A program made the position numbers and the translations under genes. Of a stretch of 64,000 nt of DNA, positions 36,180 through 49,247 are shown one piece after another. Position 1 is the stretch's first letter. Each line of letters starts with the position of its first letter. Below the pieces are notes generated by a model. That model worked only from the letters and a program-made list of their open reading frames with translations, was not told the DNA's origin and did not search any database. The stretch comes from Octopus sinensis (Eukaryota): positions 189,410,001 through 189,474,000 of the forward strand of contig NC_042998.1 of NCBI RefSeq assembly GCF_006345805.1, given 5' to 3'.

Positions 36180-37923
36180 AAGTGCCAGTTGTAGATTGGG
36201 GTCAATGAATTCAACTTACCCCCTTCCCCAAAATTGCTGGCCTTGGGCCAAAGTTTGAAACCAGTATTTCTTTTGCTCCTTCTTTGTTTCAAGTTCAAAT
36301 CCTACCAGTGTTAACAATGATACCCACCCCAAATAAAGAAGTACCAGCAATGTACTTCAGTCAATTTACTCAACTATACTCCATCCCCAACAAATTTGTG
36401 ACCCATTGTCATTTTAACTCAGTAATGCTTATAGTTCATGGTTCTTGATGCTTCAAATACTATGAGCTTAAGGGAAGAAAACTATCAAATTGAAATCTTG
36501 GACAAGCTCAAAGAATTCTTCACACATGAACATTAATGTGACTAATTAGAAAAGTCATCAAGGTATCAGATAAAATACCTTTCAGTGTTTGTTGCATCTG
36601 TCTAGGCTCTAAGTTCAAATCCCACCAGTCAACATTGCTTTTTATCCTTTTGTGGTTGTTAAATAAAGTACATAAACAAGTATGTGTGTCTGTGAGTAAC
36701 CATATGTGTTTGTGTGTGTGTGTGTGTGTTTAAGCATGTATGCAGAATATACATACATATGTATGTGTATGTGGATAGAGCATGGCCAGTTAAAGTTCTG
36801 TCTTTAAGTTTTGGACTCCATCGCACTGTGTGGCATCTTTTACTAACTCCTTGGGTCAACTCAAGCCTTGTGAGTGAAACTGAGTAAACTGGAAACTGTG
36901 CAGAAACTTTCTTGTGATTGAAAGGTACAGCTATCTTACTGATTCAGCTTATGGATTATATTGAGAGGGTGCATGCCTGGAATACTCACCCACTATTATG
37001 CTAATTCAGTTGATCAGACAACTGAATACACGTCATTGTGTGTTTATGTGGCCATGTGCATATATAAACAAGTTTGTGTGAATACAAGGTGAAAACGTAC
37101 ATGAGTTAATGTTAGTGTGTGTGTGTGTGTTTGCTACTCGATGTATATCAATATAATGGTGGGTATGTAGGTAGTATTGAGATAGATATAAAGTATATTG
37201 CTCATTTTCTGATAATGAATTCCATAGATTATCAGCGATTAGTAAGAAAATATTTTTAGTTTTAATTATGGAAGAAACAAACATACTTTGTTATCAAATA
37301 AAATGTTGAAACACTTGAAAGAACATAGTTTATCTCAAGCAAGTCTATCTCAAGCCAAGATTCATTTAACTGTTTCATTTGGTCAGTTTCTGAGGTATTT
37401 AAAAACCTGTTGTCACAAGACTACACCTTGAACAAGATGATAGTCCGCCACAGGGTTAATAATATAATAATAATGAAATTATTGTATACAGTGCTCAGGT
37501 GCACCACAACTTGTCAAAAGTGCGTATAAAGCATATGCAGTAATGTACAAATGTTTGGAAAGTGAACAGTGTATGAGTCAGGTACATGCTTGTGTGTGTA
37601 TGGAGGGGAGAAAACCAGGTGTAGTGTTGGCGAATCTCAGGAAGCATGGAAGTTTTGAAGGAGGCAGTGCTCCAACAACTAACAACTGATGCTGGCAGTC
37701 TGCTCCATGCTTCGGCAACTCTTATTCTTTTTTAATTGAGTGTACTGAAGCCATTTAGAATGAATTACCTTGCTTGGGGACACAAACATGCTGTCTGACC
37801 CAAAAATCAAACTCACAACCTTGACACACTTACCACTAGACTACATAACACCCAAATTATGAATATGCAAGAAAATAGCTAATGAGGAAACTAAAAGCAT
37901 GACTAAAATGTTGCAATGAACAT

Positions 37924-37954
<31 letters not shown>

Positions 37955-38982
37955 GTTTGACTGCAATGACAGACAATCATAACACTTCTCACTTATTGCA
38001 GCTTTCATAGTCAATCAAGGTCCTATGCTTGGGTGAGCAGTTTTTGCTGTTTGTGGCATTTGAGTCCCTGGGTAAAATTGAACTCAGAACTCAAAGTGCC
38101 AGAACAAATACTAACAAGACATCTTGTCTATTATTCTAACAATTCTACCAATCAGCTACTCTGGAGTAGTACTTTATTTAACAACCACAAAAGGATAAAA
38201 AGCAACGTTGACTTTGGTGGGATTTGAACTTAGAGCCTAGACAGATGCAGCAAACACTGAAAGGCATTTTATCTGATACCTTGATGACTTTTCCAATTAG
38301 TCACATTAATGTTCATGTGTGAAGAATCCTTTGAGCTTGTCCAAGATTTCAATTTGATAGTTTTCTTCCCTTAAGCTCATAGTATTTGAAGCAACAAGAA
38401 CCATGAGCTATAAGTTTTCAACCACCTCACCAACAACAACACTGAACACCTTTTTGATCTCCATGTGTCCAACACACGTGGACATGCCTACAAAGTCAGA
38501 AAACAACACAGCTCCCATGACTTTCGGAAACATTTTTTCACGCTCAGAGTTGCTGAAGCATGGAATAAACTGCCTGCGCCAGTTGTTGACTGCCATGACA
38601 CTGCATCCTTTAAGGCCCTCATGCTTTCCGAAATCCGCCGAAACTACACCTGATTATATATACACCTTAGATGAGTTGTAGTGCACCTGAGCACTGTACA
38701 CAATTATTATTATTATTATTATTATTATAAGCATTATTGAGTTAAAATGACAATGGGTACAAATTTGTTGGGGATGGAGTATAGTTGAGTAAATTGACTG
38801 AAGTACAGTGCTGGTACTTCTTTATTTGGGGTGGGTATCAATGTTAACACTGGTAGGATTTGAACTTGAAACAAAGAGGGAGCAAAAGAAATACTGGTTT
38901 CAAACTTCGGCTCAAGGCCAACAATTTCGGGGGACGGGGTAAGTTGAATTCATTGACCCCCTCCAATCTACAACTGGCACTT
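36180..38982. repeat. Local inverted duplication with ~490-bp arms (36180-36671 and 38169-38982)
   Basis: High reverse-complement identity by eye; the right arm carries a CR1 insertion at 38415-38725 with TSD tataag. Confidence 0.92.
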
Positions 38983-39304
38983 ATTTTATTGACCCTGAAA
39001 GGATGAAAGCCAAAGTTGACCTTGGTGGAATTTGAACTCAGAACGTGAAGAAAGACAAAAAGCTGCTAAGCAGTTTTTCCAGTGTGCCAATGATTCTGCC
39101 AGCTCGTAAAATTTGGAGCAAAAGAAATATTGAAAAACATTTAATCTTTTTAACATCAAGTCAAGTCACCTGAGACCAAAACTCAGTCAAAATCTGCTTA
39201 TAACATTGAATGACTTGATGCAATTTCAGTCAAAGTCAATATAATATATCAATTTCCCATGTTAAAGTTATTTAATAAAACTCTCTGAACTCTTTATTAT
39301 ATTG

Positions 39305-39648
39305 AAGACTAGGAGCAATGTCCATTCTCACCCATGTTTGCACAGTTGATAAAGCTGGAGCATCATCCCCTAATGTAGCAACCATGTCAGCATGAATGTC
39401 CTTGGGGCTAACCCCTTTTTCTGCAGATATTTGATAACACCACAGTGCCAAATTTTATCCATTTTCATGAAATTTCTCTAGTATCACTTTTCAATTTTTA
39501 GTCTTCAATTCTGTATCTAATGTGGGTTTATCTGGAAAGAAACAAATGCAGTTAGCATCAGTAAAGGTTGAATTTAATGAATGTCAAGTTTAATCACTGT
39601 ATGATGACTCCTTCTCAGTCAGCCGGTGAACTTTTCAGCCTACCCTTG
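39305..39648 (-). mobile_element. Truncated mariner (5' TIR and transposase N-terminus)
   Basis: TA-caagggtaggctgaaaagtt TIR; from the ATG at 39462 reads MDKIWHCGVIKYLQKK..PKDIHADMVATLGDDAPALSTVQTW across a 1-nt frameshift. Confidence 0.8.
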
Positions 39649-40057
39649 TAGAAAGTATCGGAAAAAGTCATATTTTATAAAACTCTTCCTTGTTTTCAAA
39701 ACTATTTGAAACGTACTCAGTATATTTCACCATAAATATTGTAACAAAAAGCCCACATATTTCAGCACCCATTGTACAGGCAATCCTCTACTTAATAGAA
39801 TGGAACATAATAAAATATATATATCACATAAAGTGTATAAATAAAACAAACCTTCTTTGTTTGACACTAAAAATAGAAAAAAAGCATATACCTATGAATA
39901 AGCATAAAAATTGTTATACAAACTATAAAAGAACTGATTTATTGCTTGATTTCTTATTCTTTTTCCTTTTGATTTCAAGTTGCTTTTCTTCTATTTTTGA
40001 TTTCAAATGTGGGAGTAATTTTATTTTCAATCTGCATGTACAGAAAAGCAACAAAGG

Positions 40058-40143
<86 letters not shown>
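40058..40143. repeat. (GA)n microsatellite
   Basis: Seen directly. Confidence 0.95.
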
Positions 40144-40147
<4 letters not shown>

Positions 40148-40535
40148 GGCTAAATGTGGATATATATTCATACATATATCATTATCATCAACATTTAACA
40201 TTCATTTTCCATGATGGCGTGGGTTATATGTCTTGACAGGAGCTGGAAATGCCAGAGGCTGCACCAGGTTCCATAGTCTTTTTTGATTTAGTTTTTATGG
40301 CTGGATGCCCTTTCTAATGCCAACCACTCTACAGAGTATGCTCGGTGCTTTTTATGTAGTACCATCACCAGTGCTTTTTGAGTGACACCAGCACCACTGC
40401 TTTTTATGTGGTACCTTGATTTTAGGATCTCAATTCTGTCGTGGTGGGTGGGTCTTCTCAAGTACAGCAATGCACCATATATCTCAGTCCCCTGTCGTCG
40501 TCATAAGGTTTAGTGTTCTGAATGCATATATTATA

Positions 40536-41302
40536 CTAGCATTATGACCCAGCAATGCCGGGTCATAGTGCTAGTGCATGCACATACAGCTGCGTGCGTG
40601 CGCACATACACACGAGTACTGTCCAAATCTCCAACCAATCACATACAGCTAGCTGGCATTCAATTGGCGTATCAAGTGTCAGGCATTTTGATTGGGTTTT
40701 GGATAGAAAATTCACAAAAAAGTCACTTCTATTAATTTTTTAATGGCTTTGCAACGCCGGGTCATAGTGCTAGTGCATGCATATACAGCTGCGTGCGTGT
40801 GCACATACACGCGAGTACTGTCCAAATCTCCAACCAATCACATACAGCTAGCTGGCATTCAATTGGCGTATCAAGTGTCAGGCATTTTGATTGGGTTTTG
40901 GATAGAAAATTCACAAAAAAGTCACTTCTATTAATTTTTTAATGGCTTTGCAACGCCGGGTCATAGTGCTAGTGCATGCATATACAGCTGCGTTCGTGCG
41001 CACATACACGCGAGTACTGTCCAAATCTCCAACCAATCACATACAGCTAGCTGGCATTCAATTGGCGTATCAAGTTTCGGGCATTTTGATTGGGGTTTTG
41101 GATAGAAAATTCACAAAAAAGTCACTTCTATTGGTTTTTTAATGGCTTTGCGGGGTGACTGGGGAAATGTAAAGATGTGCACAACCACCCTTGGACGGTT
41201 TTGAATGACTATAAAAAGTGTGAGCCCTCTAACTGAAAAATTGTGGATTTGTATAAAGGATACACACACACACACAGACAGACAGACATTTTGCTGTTTA
41301 TA
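40536..41302 (-). mobile_element. Non-autonomous Helitron with three tandem 199-bp units
   Basis: Minus-strand 3' end gacccggcattgctgggtc...CTAG-T, 5' end tataaacagcaaaatgtctgtctgt, units start at 40552, 40751 and 40950. Confidence 0.75.
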
Positions 41303-41494
41303 TCATCATCATCATCATCATTTAACGTCCGCTTTCCATGCTAGCATGGGTTGGACGGTTCAACTGGGGTCTGGGGAGCCCGAAGACTGCACCAGGCCAG
41401 TCGGGCTCCCCAGACCCCAGTTGAACCGTCAACCCATGCTAGCATGGAAAGCGGACGTTAAATGATGATGATGATGATGATGATATAAACAGCA
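41292..41494. repeat. Near-perfect palindrome of an RTE 3' end with a 17-nt spacer
   Basis: Arms 41292-41383 and 41401-41494. Confidence 0.95.
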
Positions 41495-42769
41495 GAGATA
41501 AATATATACCTTTATATATATGTGTGTGTGCATGTATGTATTATCACCAACACCATTAGTTGTCCATGTTGCTATGGTTTCTACAACTGGATGACCCCCC
41601 CCACACACACACACATGCACACCTACATACGCGTTATAGAGTGTACCATGTGGCATGGCACCAGTGAAGTCACGAAGTAAGACCCTTCAACTGAAGTGGC
41701 AGTAATATTGAAGGAGTGGGCCTTTTTAGCCAAGCGATGAGGGATTAAAGTATAATAAAGTTAACGGGAACAGGTGTCTTGGTATAGAGGAGACACATGG
41801 TCACTCCAGTTGGAAAAGAAAGAAGATGGTAGTGAAGAGGTGTTAGGACATATACCTTGAGGTTACAGGAAGTTGAATATAAGATAAGTGATTTAGAGGA
41901 GTGGCCAGAATGAATGGAAAGGTAAATAAGTTTGTAAGAATGTGAAGCTTTAAGCATGTGTAAGTAATTCTGTTTACTCTGTGTCAAACATAGGAACTTG
42001 TTTGGTTAGACATGAATCATATACATCATAACTAAAATATACAAAAAATGTCTGTATAATCACACACACACACACCCACACATGTATGTATGTATATTAT
42101 CTTTTATCTTTTACATGTTTCAGTAATTAGTCTGTGGCCATACTGGGGCAACACCTTGAAGGATTTTTTTTAGTGGAATGAATCAATCCCATGACTAATT
42201 TTTTCAAAGCCTGGTACTTATTCTATTGGTTTCTTTTGATGAACTGCTAAGTTACATGGACATAAACACACCAACACCAGTTGTCAAGCGGTGGTAGGGT
42301 ACATACACAGATACAAAGACATACACACACACGTATAAATAAATATATTTATATGATGGGCTTCTCTAAGTTTCTGTCTACCAAATCCACTTACAGGGCT
42401 TTGGTCAGCCCATGGCTATGGTAGAAGACACTTGCCCAAGGTGCTACACAGTGAGACTGAACCCGGAACCATGTGGTTGGGAGACAGGCTTCTTATGCCA
42501 ACAAAAGAACCTCTATGTGGCTGTTTGATTTGCAAGAAATAGTAATGAAATCTCTCTGGCATCACTCTTTACTGTCTTAAAAGAAAACGTGTATTGGATA
42601 ATGCAATTTTATACACCATTTTTAAGATGTTATGGTTACAGGTTTTCCCAGTTAGGGTTGACCTGGGATTAAAGAACAACAACAACTACAACACATACAT
42701 GCATGCATGCATACATACATACATGCATGCATGCATGTATGCATACGTACATACATACATACATACATG

Positions 42770-43320
42770 GTGGCTGCCCTCTCATTATCGAGTATGGCCA
42801 TTGCACGAAACTTAATCAATGTTGTTATTGTGCAATGCCTGTGCAAGAAGATTTTTTTAAAGTGAGGAAAGGCTGTTCACTGAGTCAATCCCACTCACTA
42901 AGCAACAGCAGCCATAATCCGAAAAGAAGAACAAGTCAACATCATCGGTAACCACTGAGCCGCAGGTTTTATCTCGGAGTTATCCCAGTTACCTGAGTTA
43001 CCTTCTCCTAGAAGGATGCCCTAACAAGGGCTAGGAGTCCTTCACTCCCAATGGTTTAACCCCGCGATCGGGTATTCAGTCCGATTATTTCTATGTCCCC
43101 ACGCATGATACAGCCTTAAGACATTTATTGGATGGCCATTGACTCTCAAGAGTTCCTCTGCCCTTTGACAGGTTTTGTTTTTCATCCCGCAGGGTGTCCA
43201 ATAAACACCCTCCTCACCAAGCAAGCTTGGTGGGGTTGCCGGTTTAGTCGCCGACGACCCAACCATGCAACAGGTTGTACTGGGTTACATGTTACCAGCA
43301 GCACTCGAAAGTGACCTGAC
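42770..43320 (-). mobile_element. Non-autonomous element resembling an RTE 5' UTR fused to a short 3' end
   Basis: Contains agcccttgttagggcatccttctaggagaaggtaactc, similar to recalled RTE 5' UTR motifs, and has a (TATG)n tail. Confidence 0.45.
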
Positions 43321-44120
43321 ATACACACATACATACATAACAAATTCACATTTATACAAATCCACATTTATACCAATAATAATTGGAGCACTTAGTTTTC
43401 TAAGTAAATGCCTAACTGTCAGTCTGGATAAGCCTGGATTTTCAGAAAAAGAAATCAACCAATTGATTTACACATTACAAATACAATCAGGAAGCGGAAC
43501 AGTATAAATATACTAGACTTTTCTCAGATTTAAAATGTGACATTGTCTTCGTTATCCACATTCCAATGATGGAGATTTATATCTTTGTTAGAAACGAGCC
43601 CTTTCTTCATAGAAAATAAATGATTAAAAAGAGAAGAGAAACATACACACATACATATATACATACATGCATACATACACATGCATGTACAAACATGCAT
43701 ATGTACAGAAAGAAAGACAGTCAGACAGAATGGCTTATTTACTTATATGGTGTATTCAAATGTTGAATTTTGTTGACTGAATGATAAAGAGAGAACTCAA
43801 TACAGGTTATAGAATATACGGCTTATTGAAACATTTCTTTTCTTATGACTCATGTTTTATATCTGACAATCAATGTGGCATGAAACATGATTCAAAAGAA
43901 AGTAACTTAAATAAACAACACACCTATACACACATACACAGGTGGGTGTGTCAGTATATGTACTTATGTATGTACACACTCACATATATATATAGCCTTG
44001 GCCAAAAGTATTAGGTCACCCCAATGTTTTGGGGTTTTGCTATCTCAGTGTTAATGGAACTCGTGCACATAGTAGATTATGGTATATTTCACAATATACA
44101 TTAGTTTTAATATCTGGTTG

Positions 44121-44401
44121 GATGGAAGCACTCCGTCGGTTACGACGACGAGGGTTCCAGTTGATCCGATCAACGGAACAGCCTGCTCGTGAAATTAACA
44201 TGTAAGTGGCTGAGCACTCCACAGACACGTGTACCCTTAACATAGTTCTCGGCAATATTCAGCATGACACAGAGAGTGACAAGGCCGGCCCTTTGAAATA
44301 CAGGTACAACAGAAACAGGAAGTAAGAGTGAGAGAAAGTTGTGGTGAAAGAGTACAGCAGGGATCACCACCATCCCTGCCGGAGCCTCGTGGAGCTTTAG
44401 G
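44121..44401 (-). mobile_element. 5'-truncated SINE family B inserted in the Tc1 TIR
   Basis: TSD aatatctggttg at 44109-44120 and 44402-44413. Confidence 0.85.
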
Positions 44402-45639
44402 AATATCTGGTTGACCCTCCTTTAGCATTAATTACCACTTTTATATGGTTAGGCATTGAATCAACTAGTTTCTTGCAGGTGATAGGTGCAATTTTACTCC
44501 ATTCTTCTCTCAACTTTCGGTACAAATGCTCTTTATTTTTAATTGTTTTGTTCCTGATAACTTCACCAAGAGTTCCCCATAGGTGTTTGATCAGATTTAG
44601 ATTGGGACTTTGAGCTGGCCAGTCCTTGGGAACAATACCCTGAGTCTCAAACCACTGATGAGTATTCTTTGATGTATGACATGGAGCGCTATCCTGTTGA
44701 AAGATAACACTGCTTTTTTACACTCCTGGAGGCAATTTACCAATTGATGGCTCCAAAATATTTGATAATGTAAAAACATAGCTAGCTGAATTCATCCTTC
44801 CCTGACATAAAAACATTTCTCCGGGTTCTGTGGCCATGTAGGCCATGGTAAAACCACCTCCATGTTTTATGGTTGGTACCAGACATTCAGCCTTAAATGC
44901 TTCCCCAACTCTGCGATGCACGAAAGTTGCACCAGATGTACCAAAAACCTGAGTAAAAACATGAAAAATAATATTAGCTTTATGTTGGATACCTTTTTAT
45001 ATGTTTTGGGCAACAAACTAGTTGCATTAAGTTTACATGTTGATTGAATACATGTATTATCTTGTCTCATAGTTACTTTCATCAGACCATATGACTTTCG
45101 ACCATTGCTCATGGGTCCAATTTGAGTTGTTTTTGGCCCACTGAAGATGTTTTTCCATATTCGCTTCAGAAACCCATGGCTTCTTCTTGGCTTTACAACC
45201 TTTCAGACCCTACTCTACAAGCCTTCTTCTAACAGTTCTGGTTGATATTTGTGAAGTACTTGCATCATTGAAGTCTGCACAGAGCTCCGATGATGTTTAT
45301 CTCCTGTCTCTAAGTGACTGATGGATAATGGATCTGTCATCACGAGGTGCTGCAACCTTTTCGTACCTGTTCTTTGTATTGTCTTCACATCTTTTGTCAC
45401 TCTGAAGTGCTTGAGAGTCGTTTGCACTGTACATCGAAAACATTTCATCTTCTGAGCAATTTGCCTTTGAGACATTTCATCTTCATAATGAGCTACAATT
45501 TGGCTTCATTCACACTCACTCAACTCCTTTGTTTTAGGCATTTTACTGTTTATTAACTGTATCTACAACGTATTTTAGCATAAAACTCTGAAATAATCAA
45601 GGAAACAAGTTAATTTTGGTCTTACTCATAATTGGTTGC

Positions 45640-46048
45640 CTATGTCACCTTGATCACCTTGACCAACTAGTCCGTCAGGCGTCCATTTGACACCGCTGGT
45701 CACAGCACGCTGTCTACTCCTCTCTGGATTGCGCCTTTCTCATCCATGTAATCCCAATCGTCCTCCTGAAATCATAACTCCACCGTCGTGGAGGCCTTCC
45801 GGGTGGTCGTTTCCACTCATGCGGGTACCACTCGACAACTGCGCGGGTCCACCGATTATCGGTGAGCCGGGCGACATGTCCAGCCCATCTAAACTTGCTG
45901 CGTGTATACTCTGCGATGACATCCCTCAAACACCGGACTTCTTTCTGATGATCTTGCTACTGATGTGCTCTCTCAATGAGATACCAAACATTGACCTTTC
46001 CATGGCTCTTTGAACTGTTACCAGTCTCTGCTCTTCTCTCTTTGTTGT
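45640..46048 (-). mobile_element. RTE LINE 3' fragment nested in the Tc1
   Basis: QRAMERSMFGISL...KFRWAGHVARLTDNRWT...RPPGRPPRRW, tail tcaaggtga repeated. Confidence 0.9.
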
Positions 46049-47371
46049 AATTGATGCTAAAGGAGGGTCAACCAGATATTAAACCTAATGTATATTGCAA
46101 AATATACCATAATCTACCATGTGTATGAGTTTCATTAACATTGAAATAGCAGAACCCCAAAACATTGGGGTGGCCTAATATTTTTGGCTGAGGCTGTACA
46201 TATATATATATATAGCTTCAAATATTTTATTTATAGATATTTATTCATTCTTAAGCTACAATAAGATAATCACACCCACACACACACATCAAAGTCAAAG
46301 TATTTATATAAAAATAGCCTAAAAATAAACATTTGTTGAATAAGTACAAGTGATATATGATTTGCAACAGAAAAATATTAAAATTTACAAAGAAAGGAAA
46401 TTGAAAAAAGAGAAAAATAATAAAGCAAAATATTTAAGATTACTTGTAACAATTAATGTTGTGATATTTGTAAGATGATATAATCTTTGTTCTTAACTTT
46501 TATCTTACTAAACTTGTTTAAATGAACACTATCTCAAAGGTTCTGATTTTATCATGTACCAATCTCCAAGAACAGTAAACAGCTATTTCATAAGTATAAC
46601 CAGAAACGTGTGACACAATTGAAGGGAAATTAAGGTGTATTTTGTGAAACAGGTCAAAAGTGATTTGAAAGAAATTTAGTTGCTATTTCTTCCAAATCTA
46701 GTGACCTCATAGAAGCTTGTATGTTGGTTTACAGACATGTGTGTGTGTATGCATGTATGTACACATACATACATACATACATACATACATACATACATAA
46801 AATTATATACACATTAAGGTACTATTGTTTATTTGGGCATGGACTAAAATTTCATTACTACAGTGGTGGCAGTCATGGTGGGACACTATACATACACTTT
46901 AGATGAGTTGTAGTGCACCTGAGCACTGTACACAATGTTTTATTATTATTATGATAGAATGTACTTCCTTTCATGTGGGCAAGGATTAAACACCTCACTT
47001 CTACTATTCAGGTAAAAGAAGTGGTGGTGATATTATTCCACAGTTCCACCATTTCATTCATTCTACTGTCATTGGATGTTTCCTTTCGGGCACTTATGGC
47101 ACTAATCAGGCCCTCATTCTACCAATTCTAGTGCACTTCAAGATTTGGTTATATCACCCACGCTTTTCCTTCGGAACAGTACATGACCTTCTTGCTGTCA
47201 CTCCCATGTAATTATCAACATTCCTGCGAAGATGACACCTACACTATACACTTCCTTCCTCTTCTATCTAAAGGTGTCATACTACACACCCTATACCAGA
47301 TGTACTGTTCCTTTATGAACAGAGAATTTAAATACATTTTCAACTCAGATATAATAACTTAATCTCCATAT

Positions 47372-47602
47372 AGGCGGCGAGCTGGCAGAAATGTTAGCAT
47401 GCCGGGAGAAATGCGTAGCTGTATTTCGTCTGCCGTTAAGTTCTGAGTTCAAATTCCGCCAAGGTCGACTTTGCCTTTCATCCTTTCGGGGTCGATAAAT
47501 TAAGTACCAGTTACATACTGGGGTCGATATAATCGACTTAATCCATTTGTCTGTCCTTGTTTGTCCCCTCTGTGTTTAGCCCCTTGTGGGTAGTAAAGAA
47601 AT
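47372..47602 (+). mobile_element. Meta-type tRNA SINE
   Basis: Family match, flanked by duplicated ataacttaatctcc. Confidence 0.88.
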
Positions 47603-47784
47603 ATATTATAACTTAATCTCCTTCAACATCACCATCACCTAACATCTACTTTTCTATTCTTGCATGGAAGATGCCAACCTTGTTTTTCATCCTTCCAGGC
47701 TTGATAAAATAAATAAAAGTAAACACCAAGTAAGCAAGCAAGCAAAAATCCATCCATCCAATATATATATATATATATATATAT

Positions 47785-48120
47785 AACACAAAGTAAGTTA
47801 GGGGTTATGGGTGCAACCCACTAAGAGATAGTATTTATCCAATATACTGTTGGTAAAGTACCCAAATTCTTAATACATAAATGTTTTTAATTGCAAAGCA
47901 ATTAACTTATTTATTATATTAAATGGGTGAAGGTAAAGAAATATTTTACAGTTAATTTATAATACAAATAAGAAAATGGAGAAACAATTTAGTTTGTTCA
48001 TCAACTTTCGGATATTAGAATGTTGAATTATTTATTCATTTAACAAAATGAGAACCTCAATAGCATACATATATACCTTATAATTCAATACGTATAAGAT
48101 TATACAAATTATAAAAATAT
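47785..48120. mobile_element. Copy of the AT-rich Penelope-like family found at 27442-28296
   Basis: Reverse-complement similarity to 28066-28296 and direct similarity to 27442-27585. Confidence 0.7.
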
Positions 48121-48195
48121 TCATATATATTTGATTGATTCACATGGCTATACCTCCTGCTACAAAATTTGTGACTAAGTGATTATTTCCTCCCA

Positions 48196-48430
48196 GCACC
48201 ATCCGTTTGTGGCCGTTTGCCAGCTCTGTCTGGCACCTGTGCGGGTGGCACGTAAAAAGCACCCACTACACTCACGGAGTGGTTGGCGTTAGGAAGGGCA
48301 TCCAGCTGTAGAAACACTGCCAGATCTGATTGGGCCTGATGAAGCCTTCCGGCTTCACAGACCCCAGTTGAACCGTCCAACCCATGCTAGCATGGAAAAT
48401 GGACGCTAAATGATGATGATGATGATGATG
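48196..48430 (+). mobile_element. RTE 3'-end repeat with a 69-bp flanking direct duplication
   Basis: 48127-48195 versus 48431-48499, 4 mismatches. Confidence 0.9.
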
Positions 48431-49247
48431 ATATTTGATTGATTCACATGGCTATACCTGCTGCTACAAAATTTGTGACCGAGTGGTTATTTCCTCCCAT
48501 AAAATATGAAGCCTTTGTGTGTAGTCAAATAAAAATTTACGGAGAGTAATATGACTGGTGTTGTTGAGGTTAGAAATAAGCAAGCCATTTGCCATTTACA
48601 GTAGAAACCAATTAACTTTGTTGCTAATGTGTATCAGACAGGCATGAACACCAGATAATTTCTGTTTCCTCATTCTTCTACGAAAATTACAACAATATAT
48701 CAAAATAAGCCTGATATGGAAGTAAACCCCTTCGTGGTTGCTTGATCTGCTAGAAATAACAGCTAAATTTCACATAAACATATACTGTCTTTAAAAAGGA
48801 AGGAATAACATAAAAATGTTTGAAATAAAGATGGGATGATCCTGGTTGGATTACCATTGATCAGAGATCTGTTCATTTAAACCTCAATTTTCTACAGAAG
48901 AAGAAAAAGTAGTAGTAGTAGTAGTCAGAAGAAGAAGAAGAAAAGAAGTAGTGGTAGTGGTGGTGGTGGTTTGGAAAGCTATGTTTCCAAAATGGTCCCA
49001 ATCATTGGTTGAATCATTGAATTTAATTCCCTTTTCCTGCTTAAAGTGAATTGATACTGAAAGTGGTTGATAGCTCTCACTTGCAGAGGAAAACAAAACC
49101 GTCCACAGCAATGAAGCAGTTTGTTATAAAATTACTAATGCAATATATATATATATAAATAAGGATAAGATCGTCAATTTAAAAATAAAACAACGATTTT
49201 ATCAAGTGGTCAGCATGGAAAAAATAATCTTCGAAGGTAATAATTAT

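Larger units (their letters stand above)
43993..46196 (-). mobile_element. Decayed Tc1-like transposon with ~150-bp TIRs and nested SINE and RTE insertions
   Basis: TA flanks and matching TIRs. Transposase remnants MSQRQIAQK, WSKVIWSDES, TIKHGGG, FQQDSAPCH, WPAQSPNLNLI, NAKGGSTRY. Confidence 0.92.

Noticed and set aside
39690-40214. 174-aa ORF
   Set aside because: AT-rich low-complexity sequence extended by a (GA)n tract, with no domain.
43743-43776. Possible minus-strand micro-exons (also ~39853-39867 and ~27293-27310)
   Set aside because: Such splice-like motifs are common by chance in AT-rich DNA and there is no coding support.
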